Assembly (NCBI RefSeq): GCF_004010195.1
Contig: NW_025215151.1
Span: 11,887-56,331, forward strand
DNA length: 44,445 bases
From: Chiloscyllium plagiosum
Lineage: Eukaryota
Direction: 5' to 3'
Shown here piece after piece: positions 23,340 to 34,936 of this stretch. The position numbers and the translations under genes are program-made. How positions within the stretch are numbered: position 1 is the first letter of the stretch; the number at the start of each line of letters is the position of its first letter. Under the pieces are notes generated by a model. That model was not told where the DNA came from, ran no database searches, and worked only from the letters and a program-made list of their open reading frames with translations.

Positions 23340-23910
23340 CATTCTAATTTGCTCAACAAATGTAACATTTCATATATTCCACTTTGGAAATAGAACCAGT
23401 CTGACTCAAGACTGGGACACAGGCGGACTCTGACCTCACACCTTTAATGCACTGTCTGAGCCGAGATGTCACCTTTTGTTATAAAACCTAAAGCTATCTC
23501 AAGAAGGCGACTTAAAAGAAGCGCTGAGAATTGACATATTAGCGAACTGGAACCTGCAACCCATTCTAAAAGATGAAAGACTTAGCAAGTTTGTTCAATA
23601 TGTCATTTCAGTTGCCTGAAACTGTGTCTTATTAACCTTACCCTGTGATGACGGAGCAGTGCTCTGAAAGCTCGTGCTTCCTGTTGGACTATAACCTGGT
23701 TATAGAGATGGACAGCACGGAAACAGACCCTTCGGTCCATCTCATCCTTGCTGACCGGATATCTAAATTAATCTAATCCCATTTGCCAGCATTTCACCCA
23801 TATACCTCTAAACCCTTTCTATTCATGTACCTATCCAGATGCCTTTTAAATGGTATTGTGTGATTTTTAACTTGATCCATCCCAGTTTACCACCACCACA
23901 TCATCATGTG
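23340..23910 (+). mobile_element. PLE family B terminal repeat interrupted by a minus-strand CR1 tail (about 23701-23850)
   Basis: Decayed hammerhead at 23643-23676, ctgttggactataacctggt, then resumes ggtattgtgtgatttttaac after the CR1 tail. Confidence 0.65.
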
Positions 23911-24120
23911 TCTCTCACCCTCCTCCCTGAGCTCCTGGTCCTCCCCGATCCCACAATGCCCCTGAGGCTGGCTCCACCCATCTCTCACCCTCCTCCCTGA
24001 GCTCCTGGTCCTCCCCGATCCCACAATGCCCCTGAGGCTGGCTCCACTCATCTCTCACCCTCCTCCCTGAGCTCCTGGTCCTCCCCTATCCCACAATGCC
24101 CCTGAGGCTGGCTCCACCCA
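23911..24120. repeat. 3 x 70-bp tandem repeat abutting the TMED10 promoter
   Basis: Units start at 23911, 23981 and 24051; only two substitutions among the copies. Confidence 0.95.
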
Positions 24121-24520
24121 CACCACCGAGAGCGAGAGAGAGACGCTGCGCATGCCCGGTCTGCCTTCCCGCGAGGTGGTCCCGGGAAGGGGGGAGGGGC
24201 CCGGTCACTGACCCGGAAGGAGTTTCCCGCGGCTTCAGCGAGCGCGCGCCACGTCCTTCGGCCGGAAGCGGAAGTGCAGGCCGCGCGGACAGCCCGACTC
24301 CCCAGTGCGCCCCGGCCATGGCCCCGCTCGTCGTCCCCGCGCTGCTGCTGCTGGCGGCCTCGGTCAGCCTGGTCCCCCGGGCAGGCTCCATCTCCTTCCA
24401 GCTCCCCGCCAACTCCAGGAAGTGTCTCCGCGAGGAGATACACAAAGACGTCCTGGTGACCGGGGAGTATGAGCTGAGCGAGCAGCCGGGAGGGAGAACG
24501 GACCTGAAGGTGGGGGGGGG
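24121..24520 (+). promoter_or_regulatory. CpG-rich TATA-less promoter / first exon of the TMED10 gene
   Basis: High GC and CpG density in an otherwise CpG-poor window. NRF1-like TGCGCATGCCC (24147-24157), E2F-like TTTCCCGC (24223-24230), GCCACGTC (24248-24255), tandem ETS/GABP CCGGAAGCGGAAGTG (24262-24276). Confidence 0.8.
24318..24509 (+). CDS. TMED10: TMED10 / p24 delta family, exon 1 (signal peptide and start of GOLD domain)
   Basis: ATG in strong Kozak context (gccATGg). Encodes [64 protein letters not shown], with the TMED10 hallmark [12 protein letters not shown] donor at 24510, phase 0. 192 nt. Confidence 0.95.
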
Positions 24521-24865
24521 GGTGAGNNNNNNNNNNNNNNNNNNNNNNNNNNNNNNNNNNNNNNNNNNNNNNNNNNNNNNNNNNNNNNNNNNNNNNNNNN
24601 NNNNNNNNNNNNNNNNNNNNNNNNNNNNNNNNNNNNNNNNNNNNNNNNNNNNNNNNNNNNNNNNNNNNNNNNNNNNNNNNNNNNNNNNNNNNNNNNNNNN
24701 NNNNNNNNNNNNNNNNNNNNNNNNNNNNNNNNNNNNNNNNNNNNNNNNNNNNNNNNNNNNNNNNNNNNNNNNNNNNNNNNNNNNNNNNNNNNNNNNNNNN
24801 NNNNNNNNNNNNNNNNNNNNNNNNNNNNNNNNNNNNNNNNNNNNNNNNNNNNNNNNNNNNNNNNN

Positions 24866-25205
24866 GGGAGAATGTGCAAACTCCACACAGTCAGTCGCCT
24901 GAGGCTGGAATTGAACCCGGGTCTCAGGCGCTGTGAGGCAGCAGTGCTAACCACTGTGCCACCGTGCCGCCCACTATTCCCGGCTCAGGCGACTGTCTGT
25001 GAGGAGTTTGCACATTCTCCCCCGTGTCTGCGTGGGTTTCCTCCCACAGTCCAAAAATGTGTAGGTTAGGGTGGATTGGCCATGCTAAATTGCCCACAGT
25101 GTTAGGTGAAGGGGTTAATGAAAAGGAATGGGTGTAGGTGCGTTGCGGGTCGGTGTGGACTAGTTGGGCCGAAGGGCCTGTTTCCACACTGTAACTAACC
25201 TAACC
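24866..25205. mobile_element. Head-to-head HE1 SINE pieces (minus 24866-24972, plus 24977-25205) in intron 1
   Basis: tRNA head on the minus strand, then V-domain and tail on the plus strand. Confidence 0.85.
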
Positions 25206-26214
25206 ATATCTAATCATAATTAATTGAAAGCTCCTCTCCGGGTCTGACTTGATGCAGATGTTGTGGCTAGTCTCTGGGATAGAGCCTGAGTCTCTTTCGG
25301 GCCTGGGGATTTGTTCTTTAATGGAGGGTGATTGCCACTCCCATGAGGCCAGGATAACAGCTGCAGCGACAGTGAAACCACTGCAGTAGCAAAGGTGTCG
25401 AGATCCTGCTGTGGTTCCAGGTGGTGGGTCTTCTGTTGCGACGCATGGTGGTTCAGGAGGGTGGAGATCTGCTGCTGGATCCTTAAGAGGATTTGCTGCC
25501 GGAATGGGAAATCCCCGGGGAAGGTGGGAACACAATTGGCTGAGAGTGGCCTCATCTAGCTGGCCTGTGTTGGGGAAGGTGATGGGGGGATGGTGGTGAG
25601 GAGGAGAGTCAGAGCCACGTCGCGTGTCACTCGTGAATTCAGAGAGCTGGGGCGGGACACATTTTAATGCTTGTCTAAGGCAGTGGGGGTGCTGTTGGCT
25701 AGGCCCAGCCTTTATTACCCTGGAAAAGGCAGTGGGGAGCTTAATATTCCCTGTTCCTACCCCCACTGCAGGCCTGGGGGCTTGTGGAGCTCCAGGAAGA
25801 ATGGGGAAAATTGTCAAAATGCTGCTTTGTTGAGAAAAGGGGAGTTTGGAGATGAGTGTACAGTGAGGGCAGAGGGGCGATGGGTCTTTGTTTTTGGGAA
25901 GAGAGGAGGTGGCTGGTGCAGATGGATATATACACAGGAGAGGAACTGGGTTTGGGGGTGGGGAGGATAAGTAGAATGCATTCAGGGATAAAGGGTGGTG
26001 TGGGTCAGTTTAACCCAGTGCATGATAGCTGTCTCAGTCGTGGTGTCTAGACTGAGGCGATCGCTGCTCAGTGCGGGCTTTCCGAAGACCTGCCGGGATG
26101 ATCCGGGTTTTCTGTAGCTGTTGCCTGGTCACACCTGACCGTGGACAGTGCACTGAGCTGGTCATTAAGCAGGTTTTTCTGATGCTTGCCTTTGTTCCTC
26201 AGATGTGTTTGAGT

Positions 26215-26685
26215 CGAGGGGTTGGCAAGTCATGTTGAAGTTGGTGGGGCCTCTTCAGGAGTCGTGTCCCCAGTTCTGGTCGCCCTGCTGATGGGAGGCT
26301 ACTATTAAATTGGCCAGAGCTCAGAAAAGCCTGGCCAGGATGTTGCTAGGAACGAGGGTTTGAGGCAAAGGGAGAGATTGGATAGACTGGGACTTCTTTC
26401 ACTGTAGAGGAGGAGGTTGAGGAGTGACCTTCTAGGGCTTTATAAAATCATGAGGTGAACAGCAGCTGTCTTTTCCCTCGGGTGGGGGATTTCAAGACAG
26501 GGGGTGGGGTGTTTTTAAGGTGAGAGGACAAAGATTAAAAAAAAAAATGACATGAGGGGTAACCTATACACAGTGGTTCGTGTGTAGAATGTGGTGGAAG
26601 TGGGTCCAGTTACAGTCGGGGAGGGACCAGTTTAGTTTGGGAACAAGGTCATTATGGATTGGTTGGACTGAAAGGCCTGTCTCCT
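26215..26685 (+). mobile_element. Degenerate CR1 3' fragment in intron 1
   Basis: cagttctggtcgccctgc (QFWSPC), ERLDRLGL..L remnants and a CR1 tail. Confidence 0.75.
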
Positions 26686-27152
26686 GCTGAGGTGCAAGGG
26701 CTGAACTAGGTTGCTACAAGTGGGGGGGGCCACCCGCAACTCTGCACACCCTGGGGTCGAACTCCGTCTCTTCCCTATCTCTGTCAAGCCTCCCAGGACT
26801 CCAATCTCCTCTGATTTCCCTGCTCTTTCTATTGATCCACACTTAGCGGCTGTGCAGTAACTGGGTAACTCCTGACCTTTCGTAATCCAGTCTGTTTGGG
26901 GTCGATTCTGAACATGCTGTTTGCAGTGAGGTCATTTCGTTTGCCTGTTCTCCTCCAACAGGCACGCGCAGAATTGCTGATATCTGTGCTGTGATCCCTC
27001 GACCTCCGCGGTTACCACCATTCCAGGTTGAAGGGTCACCACGCTGGGGCTGAGCACATGGGAAATCGCAGCCGCTGTTTGGTTACCATGGCTGGTCTGG
27101 GCCTAGTCATTGGGTATGAGGCTCTCAACCCCTTTGTTTCCTCACCCTCCAG

Positions 27153-27273
27153 GTGACGGATTCGTCCGGCCACATCCTGTACTCCAAGGAGGAGGCGAGT
27201 AAGGGCAAGTTTGCCTTCACAACCGACGACTATGACATGTTTGAGATCTGCTTCGAGAGCCGCCTTCCTGCAG
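27153..27273 (+). CDS. TMED10: TMED10 exon 2 (GOLD domain)
   Basis: Pyrimidine tract and AG at 27151-27152. Encodes [40 protein letters not shown] plus 1 nt. GT at 27274. 121 nt, phase 1. Confidence 0.96.
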
Positions 27274-27832
27274 GTGTGTGTGTGGGGGGGGGGATCGCTG
27301 AGGTACAGGCTTCCGGGTGACTGAGGAACAGAAAGAGGTTGAAGGCAGAGCCCAGTAACGGAATAAAAGAACAGGGAGGTGTGGCTCTGTGTTTTACTCT
27401 GCATTTCTTTGTGGGGTGTCGCTGGCAAGGCACAGCGAAAGTCGTCCGTCCCTGTTGCCCCGCGAACTGAGCAGCTTTCGGCTGTTTCTGGGTCACGTTA
27501 CTGTGGGCCAGACCGGATAAGGGCAGCAGATTTCTCCTCCCTGAGAGGTATTTGTGAACTGGGGAGGCTTTAGATCTGAGGTTTTTATATCCAGAGTTTT
27601 TTTTTNNNNNNNNNNNNNNNNNNNNNNNNNNNNNNNNNNNNNNNNNNNNNNNNNNNNNNNNNNNNNNNNNNNNNNNNNNNNNNNNNNNNNNNNNNNNNNN
27701 NNNNNNNNNNNNNNNNNNNNNNNNNNNNNNNNNNNNNNNNNNNNNNNNNNNNNNNNNNNNNNNNNNNNNNNNNNNNNNNNNNNNNNNNNNNNNNNNNNNN
27801 NNNNNNNNNNNNNNNNNNNNNNNNNNNNNNNN

Positions 27833-28257
27833 CATCCCTGGGCACTATGGGACAATTTAGCACGGCCAATCCACCCTAACCTGCACGTCCCTGGGCACTA
27901 TGGGGCAATTTAGCACGGCCAATCCCACCCTAACCTGCACATCCCTGGGCACTATGGGACAATTTAGCACGGCCAATCCACCCTAACCTGCACATCCCTG
28001 GGCACTATGGGACAATTCAGCACGGCCAATCCACACTAACCTGCACATCCCTGGGCACCATGGGGTAATTTAGCACGGCCAATCCACCCTAACCTGCACA
28101 TCCCTGGGCACCGTGGGGTAATTTAGCACGGCCAATCCACCCTAACCTGCACTTTGGACTGTTGGAGGAAACCCACACAGACAGTCGTCCGAGGCTGGAA
28201 TCGAACCCGGGTCCCTGGCGCTGAGAGGCAGCAGTGCTAACCATTGAGCCATCATGC
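27833..28257 (-). mobile_element. HE1 SINE with internal 53-bp unit amplified at least 6 times (intron 2)
   Basis: catccctgggcactatgggacaatttagcacggccaatccaccctaacctgca tandem at 27833-28151, then the HE1 head at 28152-28257. Confidence 0.9.
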
Positions 28258-28588
28258 TGATAAGTGGCTTTTACCTGCTATTCTGAGCTGGCTCCCTCTA
28301 TCCTGACTCCCAGCCCCTTCTTCCTGAAACTCGGGGCTGACTCTGTTCTAATACAGCCCACCCTGTCCCTGACAACCCTACCCCAGTCGTGGTTGGGTGG
28401 GAACCCGAATGCAGCATTAAAGACCGGCATTGGCAAGGCGGCGGGGGGGGGTGTGTTTGCGGGAATGAGTAAGGGGGTTCCAGGTCAGGATGAGCAGGAG
28501 AGGCAGCCTCTGTCTGGGGTCGGGTGGAGATTGCTTGGTTGAATGTCCAAAGTTGAATTTTTTGCCGTTTCTCCCACCTTGCCTCCAG

Positions 28589-28662
28589 GCCATTTCCGAG
28601 TTCCCGACCAGCTGATTATTCTCAACACCAAACACGGCGTGGAAGCCAAGAACTACGAAGAT
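28589..28662 (+). CDS. TMED10: TMED10 exon 3
   Basis: ctccAG acceptor. Encodes (G)HFRVPDQLIILNTKHGVEAKNYED. GTGAGT donor at 28663. 74 nt, frame-consistent with exon 2. Confidence 0.96.
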
Positions 28663-29064
28663 GTGAGTTCTGACCTCTTATCCTCTTGGTGGGGGGGGGG
28701 GTGTGTGCGACTGTATCTGCACAAAAACAGACCCTTCGATCTCTCCCTGGTGATCCTGTTCCAGAGCAGTCTCATTCCACTGTGCCCTGTCTCCTCCCAC
28801 TGTGCCCTGTCTCCTCCTGTTGCTGGACCCCTTCTCCTTGCTCTTTGCTGTTGAGTTGTACTTGCCCATCTAGGTGAGCTCCTGCCTCTGTGTTCCCTAA
28901 CTCCTGTCTGTGTGTTGCCTGACTCCGATCCCTGGAGCTGCTGTCTCCCCCCTGCTACTTTCCCTGTGCCCATGCATGTCGCTGTCGCCCGTTGTGTGGA
29001 GAGCTGAGGGGGTTCGGAGGCAGTGAGGGGGATCCCGTAAGAGCGTCTGCGATTCCCTTTTCAG

Positions 29065-29095
<31 letters not shown>

Positions 29096-29099
29096 CCAG

Positions 29100-29226
29100 A
29101 TTGCGAAGGCAGAGAAGCTGAAGCCCCTGGAGGTGGAGCTGCGACGGCTGGAGGACCTCTCCGAATCCATTGTCAATGACTTTGCCTACATGAAGCAGCG
29201 TGAGGAGGAGATGAGGGACACCAACG
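29100..29226 (+). CDS. TMED10: TMED10 exon 4 (coiled coil)
   Basis: (CT)n tract and ccAG acceptor. Encodes [42 protein letters not shown] plus 1 nt. GT at 29227. 127 nt. Confidence 0.97.
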
Positions 29227-30214
29227 GTACAGCTTCTCCTTTTCTTGAACTCGCGCACCCTTCTGCTCGGGGGAATCCCCAGGGCTGTCCTATTTCAGTT
29301 GGTGCCCCTCTCTGTTCTGAAACTCGTGCTTATGGATTTAATGCCTCCTAAAAGCACCTTCCTGGCCACCCCTTGTTGAGCCAGCTATCCTGTTCAATGT
29401 GTGGCAGTCAGTATACATAGACAAATATCTCAGCTAGGCACATGGACTCCAGGAATGGTGAGGCCTTGCATTCAGGCCTCAAGGTTAATCCCCAGTGTGA
29501 AAAGTCTTTTTTTTTTAAAGAGCCGGAAACCTTCTCCAGCTTCTCAACTCGGACTCCTTGCTTTCTCCAGACAGCTCCCTCGCACAGTCACGAGACAATG
29601 ATCATGTTTTGCGATGTCGATCGAGGCCTATGAACTTGAGAGAGCTTGTGGAGCTTTGGGTTGATAACTGATTCGGAAGGAGACATCCCTGATGCTATCC
29701 CGTTCCATAAAAAAGGACTGGCCCCTGGGTGCATGTGGTTGTCTTGTTGCCCTGTGGGCCATGGGCTTCAGGCCAGCACCTGTGAGCCATGGCAGGAGTG
29801 GGAATAATGTTGACTGAGGGCTGGCAGCGTGTGGGGTGAAAGGAGCCGTGTCGAGGCAGTTAAGAACATAGGTGCAGTCCATTTGGCCCCTCGACCCTGC
29901 TCCGCATCCCATTGAGTTCCAGATCTGGGCTGTCTTCTCGATAACTCCTCCACCCCATCCCCCCCCCCACCCCCTCCAATCCTTGTCTCTTGAATTGCAC
30001 TATGAAGAAATTCAATGACCCAGCTCCCAGTGCTGTCGAGGTAAGGAGCTATTATGGTCTGAGAGGGCACCTTTTCTCCTTATTTCTGTGGGGCCCTCAG
30101 ATTGTGAAACTGTCTCCCCTCATGTTAGTGGCTCTCACACAAGAATAAACATCCCCTTGGCATCCTGCCTCTCAAGCTCTTCTTAAAGTCTCTAAGCAAG
30201 TCCGTCTGTTGATA

Positions 30215-30375
30215 GATGTAAACAACACATCTGGTGCACAGTGTCCTTCAGGGAGCAGAAATCTGCTGTCGTTACCCAGTCGGGGCCTACAGACCCCACA
30301 GTGATGTGGTTGGACTCTCTGGGTAATTGGGAATGGACAGTAAATGTTGCCCATATCCCACGGAGGAATAATTTA
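30215..30375 (+). mobile_element. Old SINE fragment (other copies about 27395-27590 minus, 39845-40060 plus, 4485-4545 minus)
   Basis: Shared motif ccttcagggagcagaaatctgctgtcgttacccagtc / tagggaggaaatcagctatcctcgcccagtc. Confidence 0.55.
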
Positions 30376-30982
30376 TGAAGATAAACCATGTAAGCTGCAG
30401 CAGCTCAGGGTCCAACCTGTTTGAGCATTGAGCCCTTTGTCACAGGAATGTGTTGAGCGAACCTTTGTAGCGATTGCATTGCACTGGTGCCTGTTTCGGA
30501 TGGGGCTTGGGCGCCAAGTTGTTGCCGACTGCGTGTTTTGGTTCCAAGTTACAAACCGTGACTGGACACCTACACACTCGGGGATGTGCTCTGTGAGGGA
30601 GCAATGTCACCGGGGTGGGTGGGAGTTACTCACGGTCAGAGAGTGGCGAGACATACTCCATCCCTCACTGAGGGCTGTTTGGAACTGAGTGAAACGTGCA
30701 AGATTCCGGTCGGCTGGATGCTGAAAGGATGTAGGGGGATAGACTAGAACGCGGATGGGAGGTCGGGAGGAATACGGTTTTAAAAATGAGGGGTCTCCCA
30801 TTTCAGACGGCAACAAAGATTTTGTATTCTGAGGGGTGTGAGTGTCTGGGACATCCCTCAAGAGAGGCCATTGAATCCTTCTGTGGCAAGAGGTAGATAA
30901 TTCACGAGCAAAGCGCTTGTTTGGAGATACCAAAGTAGAGGCTGCAATGCTCTAATCTCTCTCTCTCTCCCTTTCTGTACAG

Positions 30983-31104
30983 AGTCGACCAGCGCCCGAG
31001 TCCTGTATTTCAGCATCTTTTCCATGTGCTGCCTCGTCGGCCTGGCAACCTGGCAGGTGTTTTACCTTCGTCGCTTCTTCAAAGCCAAGAAACTGATTGA
31101 GTGA
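30983..31104 (+). CDS. TMED10: TMED10 exon 5 coding part (TM helix and cytosolic FF/KK tail)
   Basis: tacAG acceptor. Encodes (E)[39 protein letters not shown] then TGA at 31102-31104. The FFxxKKLIE coat-binding tail is typical of p24 delta. The N-E-S sequon is formed across the exon 4/5 junction. Confidence 0.97.
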
Positions 31105-32519
31105 GAGGGTTTGACAGAGGCAGTAGCGAGAGTGTATTTGTGTGTGTGCACGGGAGAGAGAGAAATATTGTGCGCCAGTGTGCAGAGGGGGTGGGTATTA
31201 ATTTCCAAGTGTATTAAATGTGGTGCTTCAGCTGTTTGGATTGAGGGATGTGGTTTTTTTTTTAAATTTGTGGCGGTTTTCTGTGAGTCATTGACCTGTT
31301 TCAGAGTCCGGGGGGAGCGGGTGGGGGAAGTCAGTGCTCGAGCTGGGACCCAGGAGCCCGCAATCATTGTTCCAGCAGGTTGGGTTACTCCCCGAAGGAT
31401 GGGCCGAAAGGCAAACCTTTCGTTATTTTGTTTTTCCAAAGGCTCAGTAATGTTTGTTCCAATTCCTGTTGTCTGTAGCTGACAATTAGCGGTTGAATTT
31501 AACAGCGCTGTCAGGGGTGGGGGGGGGGGGGGGGTTGAGTTTAGGCTTCTGATTGGCAAACGGCTTTTAAGATTCTGAAAACGTAGCACTGTTGCTTTCT
31601 CCTCAGCTTGTGGTGGTCTCTGCCAGTTTTCCACACATCATCTATCTGGTGACTGAGAGGGGGTGCTGGTCTCTCAGTGGTTTATCCCTCTTTAATGCTG
31701 CTGAACGTGGGGCTACTCAGTCATGCCCACTGAATGTAAGAGGACCCGGCCCCTAATCCGTTCCCCTCTGACCTCACATACTGACTCCTGCCCCCAACTC
31801 CTCCCTCCTGATCCCGGATCCATGCCCCTCTGAACCGGCACCTCTTAAATGGACCTTCCTTGCTTTGGTGAACTGTGACATGTATGAGCTGATGTCTGTT
31901 TATTTGGTCTGTTTCTCACTTTGGAAATCCCCTCTGCACATTTTGACTGCAGCCCCACAGGCACTTAAAGGGAGGGAGTCTGACCACGTCCATCCAGTAT
32001 CCATTCTAGATGCGGCTATAGAAAATTCTGATGGAACTGTAAGGGAGAGGGCTGAGTTTGGAGCTTTAAAATGGGCCCTTAACCATCCAGCGTCTTTTCT
32101 TTTCACAATCCCCATTGGAGCTGCCTCTGAAGTGTGAAAAAGGGCGGGTGAATCTGGTTGGTCTGTCGAGCGTCCTGGGGGAGGAGGTTAATTGAGGGTC
32201 CATTTCACCTCCTTTTGAGTGTCTCCCCCGTTGATTTAAGTACACTCTCTGAATTAGCTGCCTGAGCCACTCCACCATAGTCAGACCCACGTCTTTTGCC
32301 ACCATACAGTGCAGGAGATGGAAAGCCAGGGCTGGTGTGGACTGTGAGCGCCGTCACGTCTGCCTCGAAAGGTCAAGTCAGTGAGGATGCAGATCGTGCT
32401 GTGTTTGGGCGGGAGGGGAGTGTTCAAATCAAATAATTTAAACTCCTCTTTACCCAGCGGTTATCTTGTGCTTCCTTCGCTTTCTCCCCCCCCCCCCGCC
32501 AATCTCTGTGCGAATGACA

Positions 32520-32725
32520 CGGGGTCTGTGTCCTTACATTGTGGGAGTGACTGGTGATCTGGGGCCCTCTCCCCGTGAGAGTGATCAGAGTCTGGTGTCT
32601 GTACAGTGTGGGAGTGACTGGTGATCTGGGGCCCTCTCCCCGTGAGTGACCAGAGTCTGGTGTCCGTACAGTGTGGGAGTGACTGGTGATCTGGGCCCTC
32701 ATCCTGTGAGAGTGACCAGGGCCTG
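32520..32725. repeat. About 66-bp tandem repeat (about 3 copies) in the putative 3'UTR
   Basis: gtgggagtgactggtgatctggg recurs at 32541, 32608 and 32673. Confidence 0.9.
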
Positions 32726-32831
32726 TGACTGACATTTTGAGCACCCCCTGGAGAGCCCTTTCACTTTACCAACAAAAAAAAATCAATGAATCCTTTGGAA
32801 ATCTTTTTTTTGTTTGTGCAGAGGTTTTAAG

Positions 32832-32837
32832 AATAAA
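32832..32837 (+). terminator. Candidate polyadenylation signal for TMED10 (3'UTR about 1.75 kb)
   Basis: First canonical AATAAA I find after the stop codon, preceded by a U-rich tract. A variant ATTAAA also lies at 31213-31218. Confidence 0.5.
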
Positions 32838-33014
32838 CAGAATTTGTAATTGAAACCTGGAGTCCGGCCTCTTTCATCTCCAAGCTTGGGCGACTCAGTC
32901 AGGGCCTGGCTGACTAGGCCGAGGGCGGAGACGCCACCAGTGCAGGGTGTGCTGAGCATCACCTTGTGCACCCACCCGTCACCATGCCAGGTGCCAGTTT
33001 GAGCAAAGCTGCAA

Positions 33015-33053
<39 letters not shown>

Positions 33054-33289
33054 GAAGCTCCAGGGCAGCTTGGCTCATTGGGTGCCAAGTCCTCGGCTGC
33101 CAGGGCAGATAGTGACTGAGCTTGCGATGAGGTGACATTGGGCCAAACATGGCATCAGGGATTCCAGTGCCACTCGTGGTCTTGGGAATAGCGTAGATGG
33201 AAGGTTTGGCAAACCAAAAGATGAGAAAACTAGATCAGGCGAGCGACTGGAGTGTCAGTTGGAGTGCGCTTTGGGTCCAGTGACCACAA

Positions 33290-34936
33290 CTCTATTAGTT
33301 TTAACTTAGTCATGAACAAAGGTAGCACAGGTCCACAGGTTAAGATGCAGCAGGGCTAATTTTGGGGCCTTTAGGCAGAATCTAGCAGAGGTCAACGGGG
33401 TGAGTGCCTTTGAAGGAAAAGGAACGACTGGCAAATGGGAGGCTTTTAAAAGTGTGATGTCAAGAATCCAGGGACAGTATGTCTCTGTTAGGGAAAAACT
33501 GACAGGTTTGGGGATCCCCAGCTGATGAAGACTCTGCTCATGAAAAAAGTATACGTCGGTCTCAAGTGAATCCCTCGCTGACGATAAAAAGTATGAGGAG
33601 AATCCCAAGAGGTTTGATAGCTATATTAAAAGGGTGGCTAGGGAGAAAATAGGTCCCCTTAAAGGTCAGCGAGCCACAGGGGAGGGGGGAGATTTTTCAT
33701 GATCGTTTCTCCTCAGTAAACACTGAGGATGTTTTGGACCACGTGCATATTACCAGAGAGGAAGTGTTTGCAGCCTTAAGGCACATTAAGATGGATAAAT
33801 CCCCCGGGGCCTGATCAAGTCCGTCCTCTGATGTTGTGGGAGACTCGGGAAGAAATTTGAGAGTCCCTTGCAGCGATGTTTCCTTCACCTTTAGCCACTA
33901 GTGACGTTCCGGAAGACTGGAGGGTGGCTAATGTTGTTTAAGACAAGCCGGGGAACTCCAGGCCAGTGAGCCTGACATCAGGGGGAGGCAAGTTGTTGAA
34001 GAGGATCAGGATTAACCAACATTTGGATAGTTAAGGTATGATTAGGGTTAGTCAGTGTGGAATTGTGCACAGGAAGTCTTGTCTGACAAATCTTTGAGCT
34101 TTTTGACGAGGTAACCAGGAGGATAGATGAGGGTAGGGCAGTGGATGTTGTCTGTATGGACATTAGTAAGGCCTTTGACAAGGTCCCACACAGCAGGCTG
34201 GTCATGAAGGTTAGGTCACATGGGATCCAGGGAGAGCTAGCTAATTGGATTCGGAATTGGCTCGATGGTAGGAAGCAGAGGATGATGGGTGAAGGTTGTT
34301 TCTCAGGCCGGAGGCCTGTGACTAGTGGGGTGCCGCAGGGGTCAGTGCTGGGACCTTTGTTATCTGTTATTTACGTAAATGTATGAGGCGTGATTAGTAA
34401 GTTTGCGGATGATACAAAATTTGGTGGCATCGTTTGCGAGGAAGGTTATCAAAAATTACAGAGGGATCTTGATCAGACGGGGAAGTGGGCTGAGGATTGG
34501 GAAATGCAATTCAATACAGATCAGTGTGAGGTGTTACACTTTGGAAAGTCAATCCAAGGTAGGACTTATCCAGTAAATGGGAAGGTGGAGTGTTGTGGAA
34601 CAGAGGGACCGAGGAGTACAAGTACATAGTTCATTGAAAGCAGCGTCACAGGGTGGTGAAGGTGGCATTTAGCTCGCTGGCCTTCATCGGTCAAGGCACT
34701 GAGTATAGGAGTTGGGATGCTATGTTACAGTCATACAAGAGGTTGGTGAGGCTGCACTTGGAGTATTGTGCATGTTTTTGGTCCACACTGTTACAGGAAA
34801 GGCTTAGTTAAACTGGAAAGAGCGCAGAGAAGATTTACAAGGATGTTGCCAGTAGGCCTGAGTTATAGGGAGAGATTAGCCAGGATAGGACTTCATTCCT
34901 TGGAACGTAGGAGAACGTGGGGTGACCTTATTGAGG
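33290..34936 (+). mobile_element. Degenerate CR1 LINE ORF2 (RT); continues at 36258-36795
   Basis: DVVCMDISKAFDKVPH...GVPQGSVLGP...ISKFADDTK; breaks at GDLIE. Confidence 0.9.

Noticed and set aside
24096..24317. 74-aa in-frame N-terminal extension of TMED10 from ATG 24096
   Set aside because: The ATG lies in a tandem repeat upstream of the core promoter motifs. ATG 24318 has a strong Kozak context and begins a typical signal peptide.
25215..25830. Minus-strand ORFs of 111-205 aa in intron 1
   Set aside because: GC-rich sequence with no recognisable domain; cannot be supported as coding.
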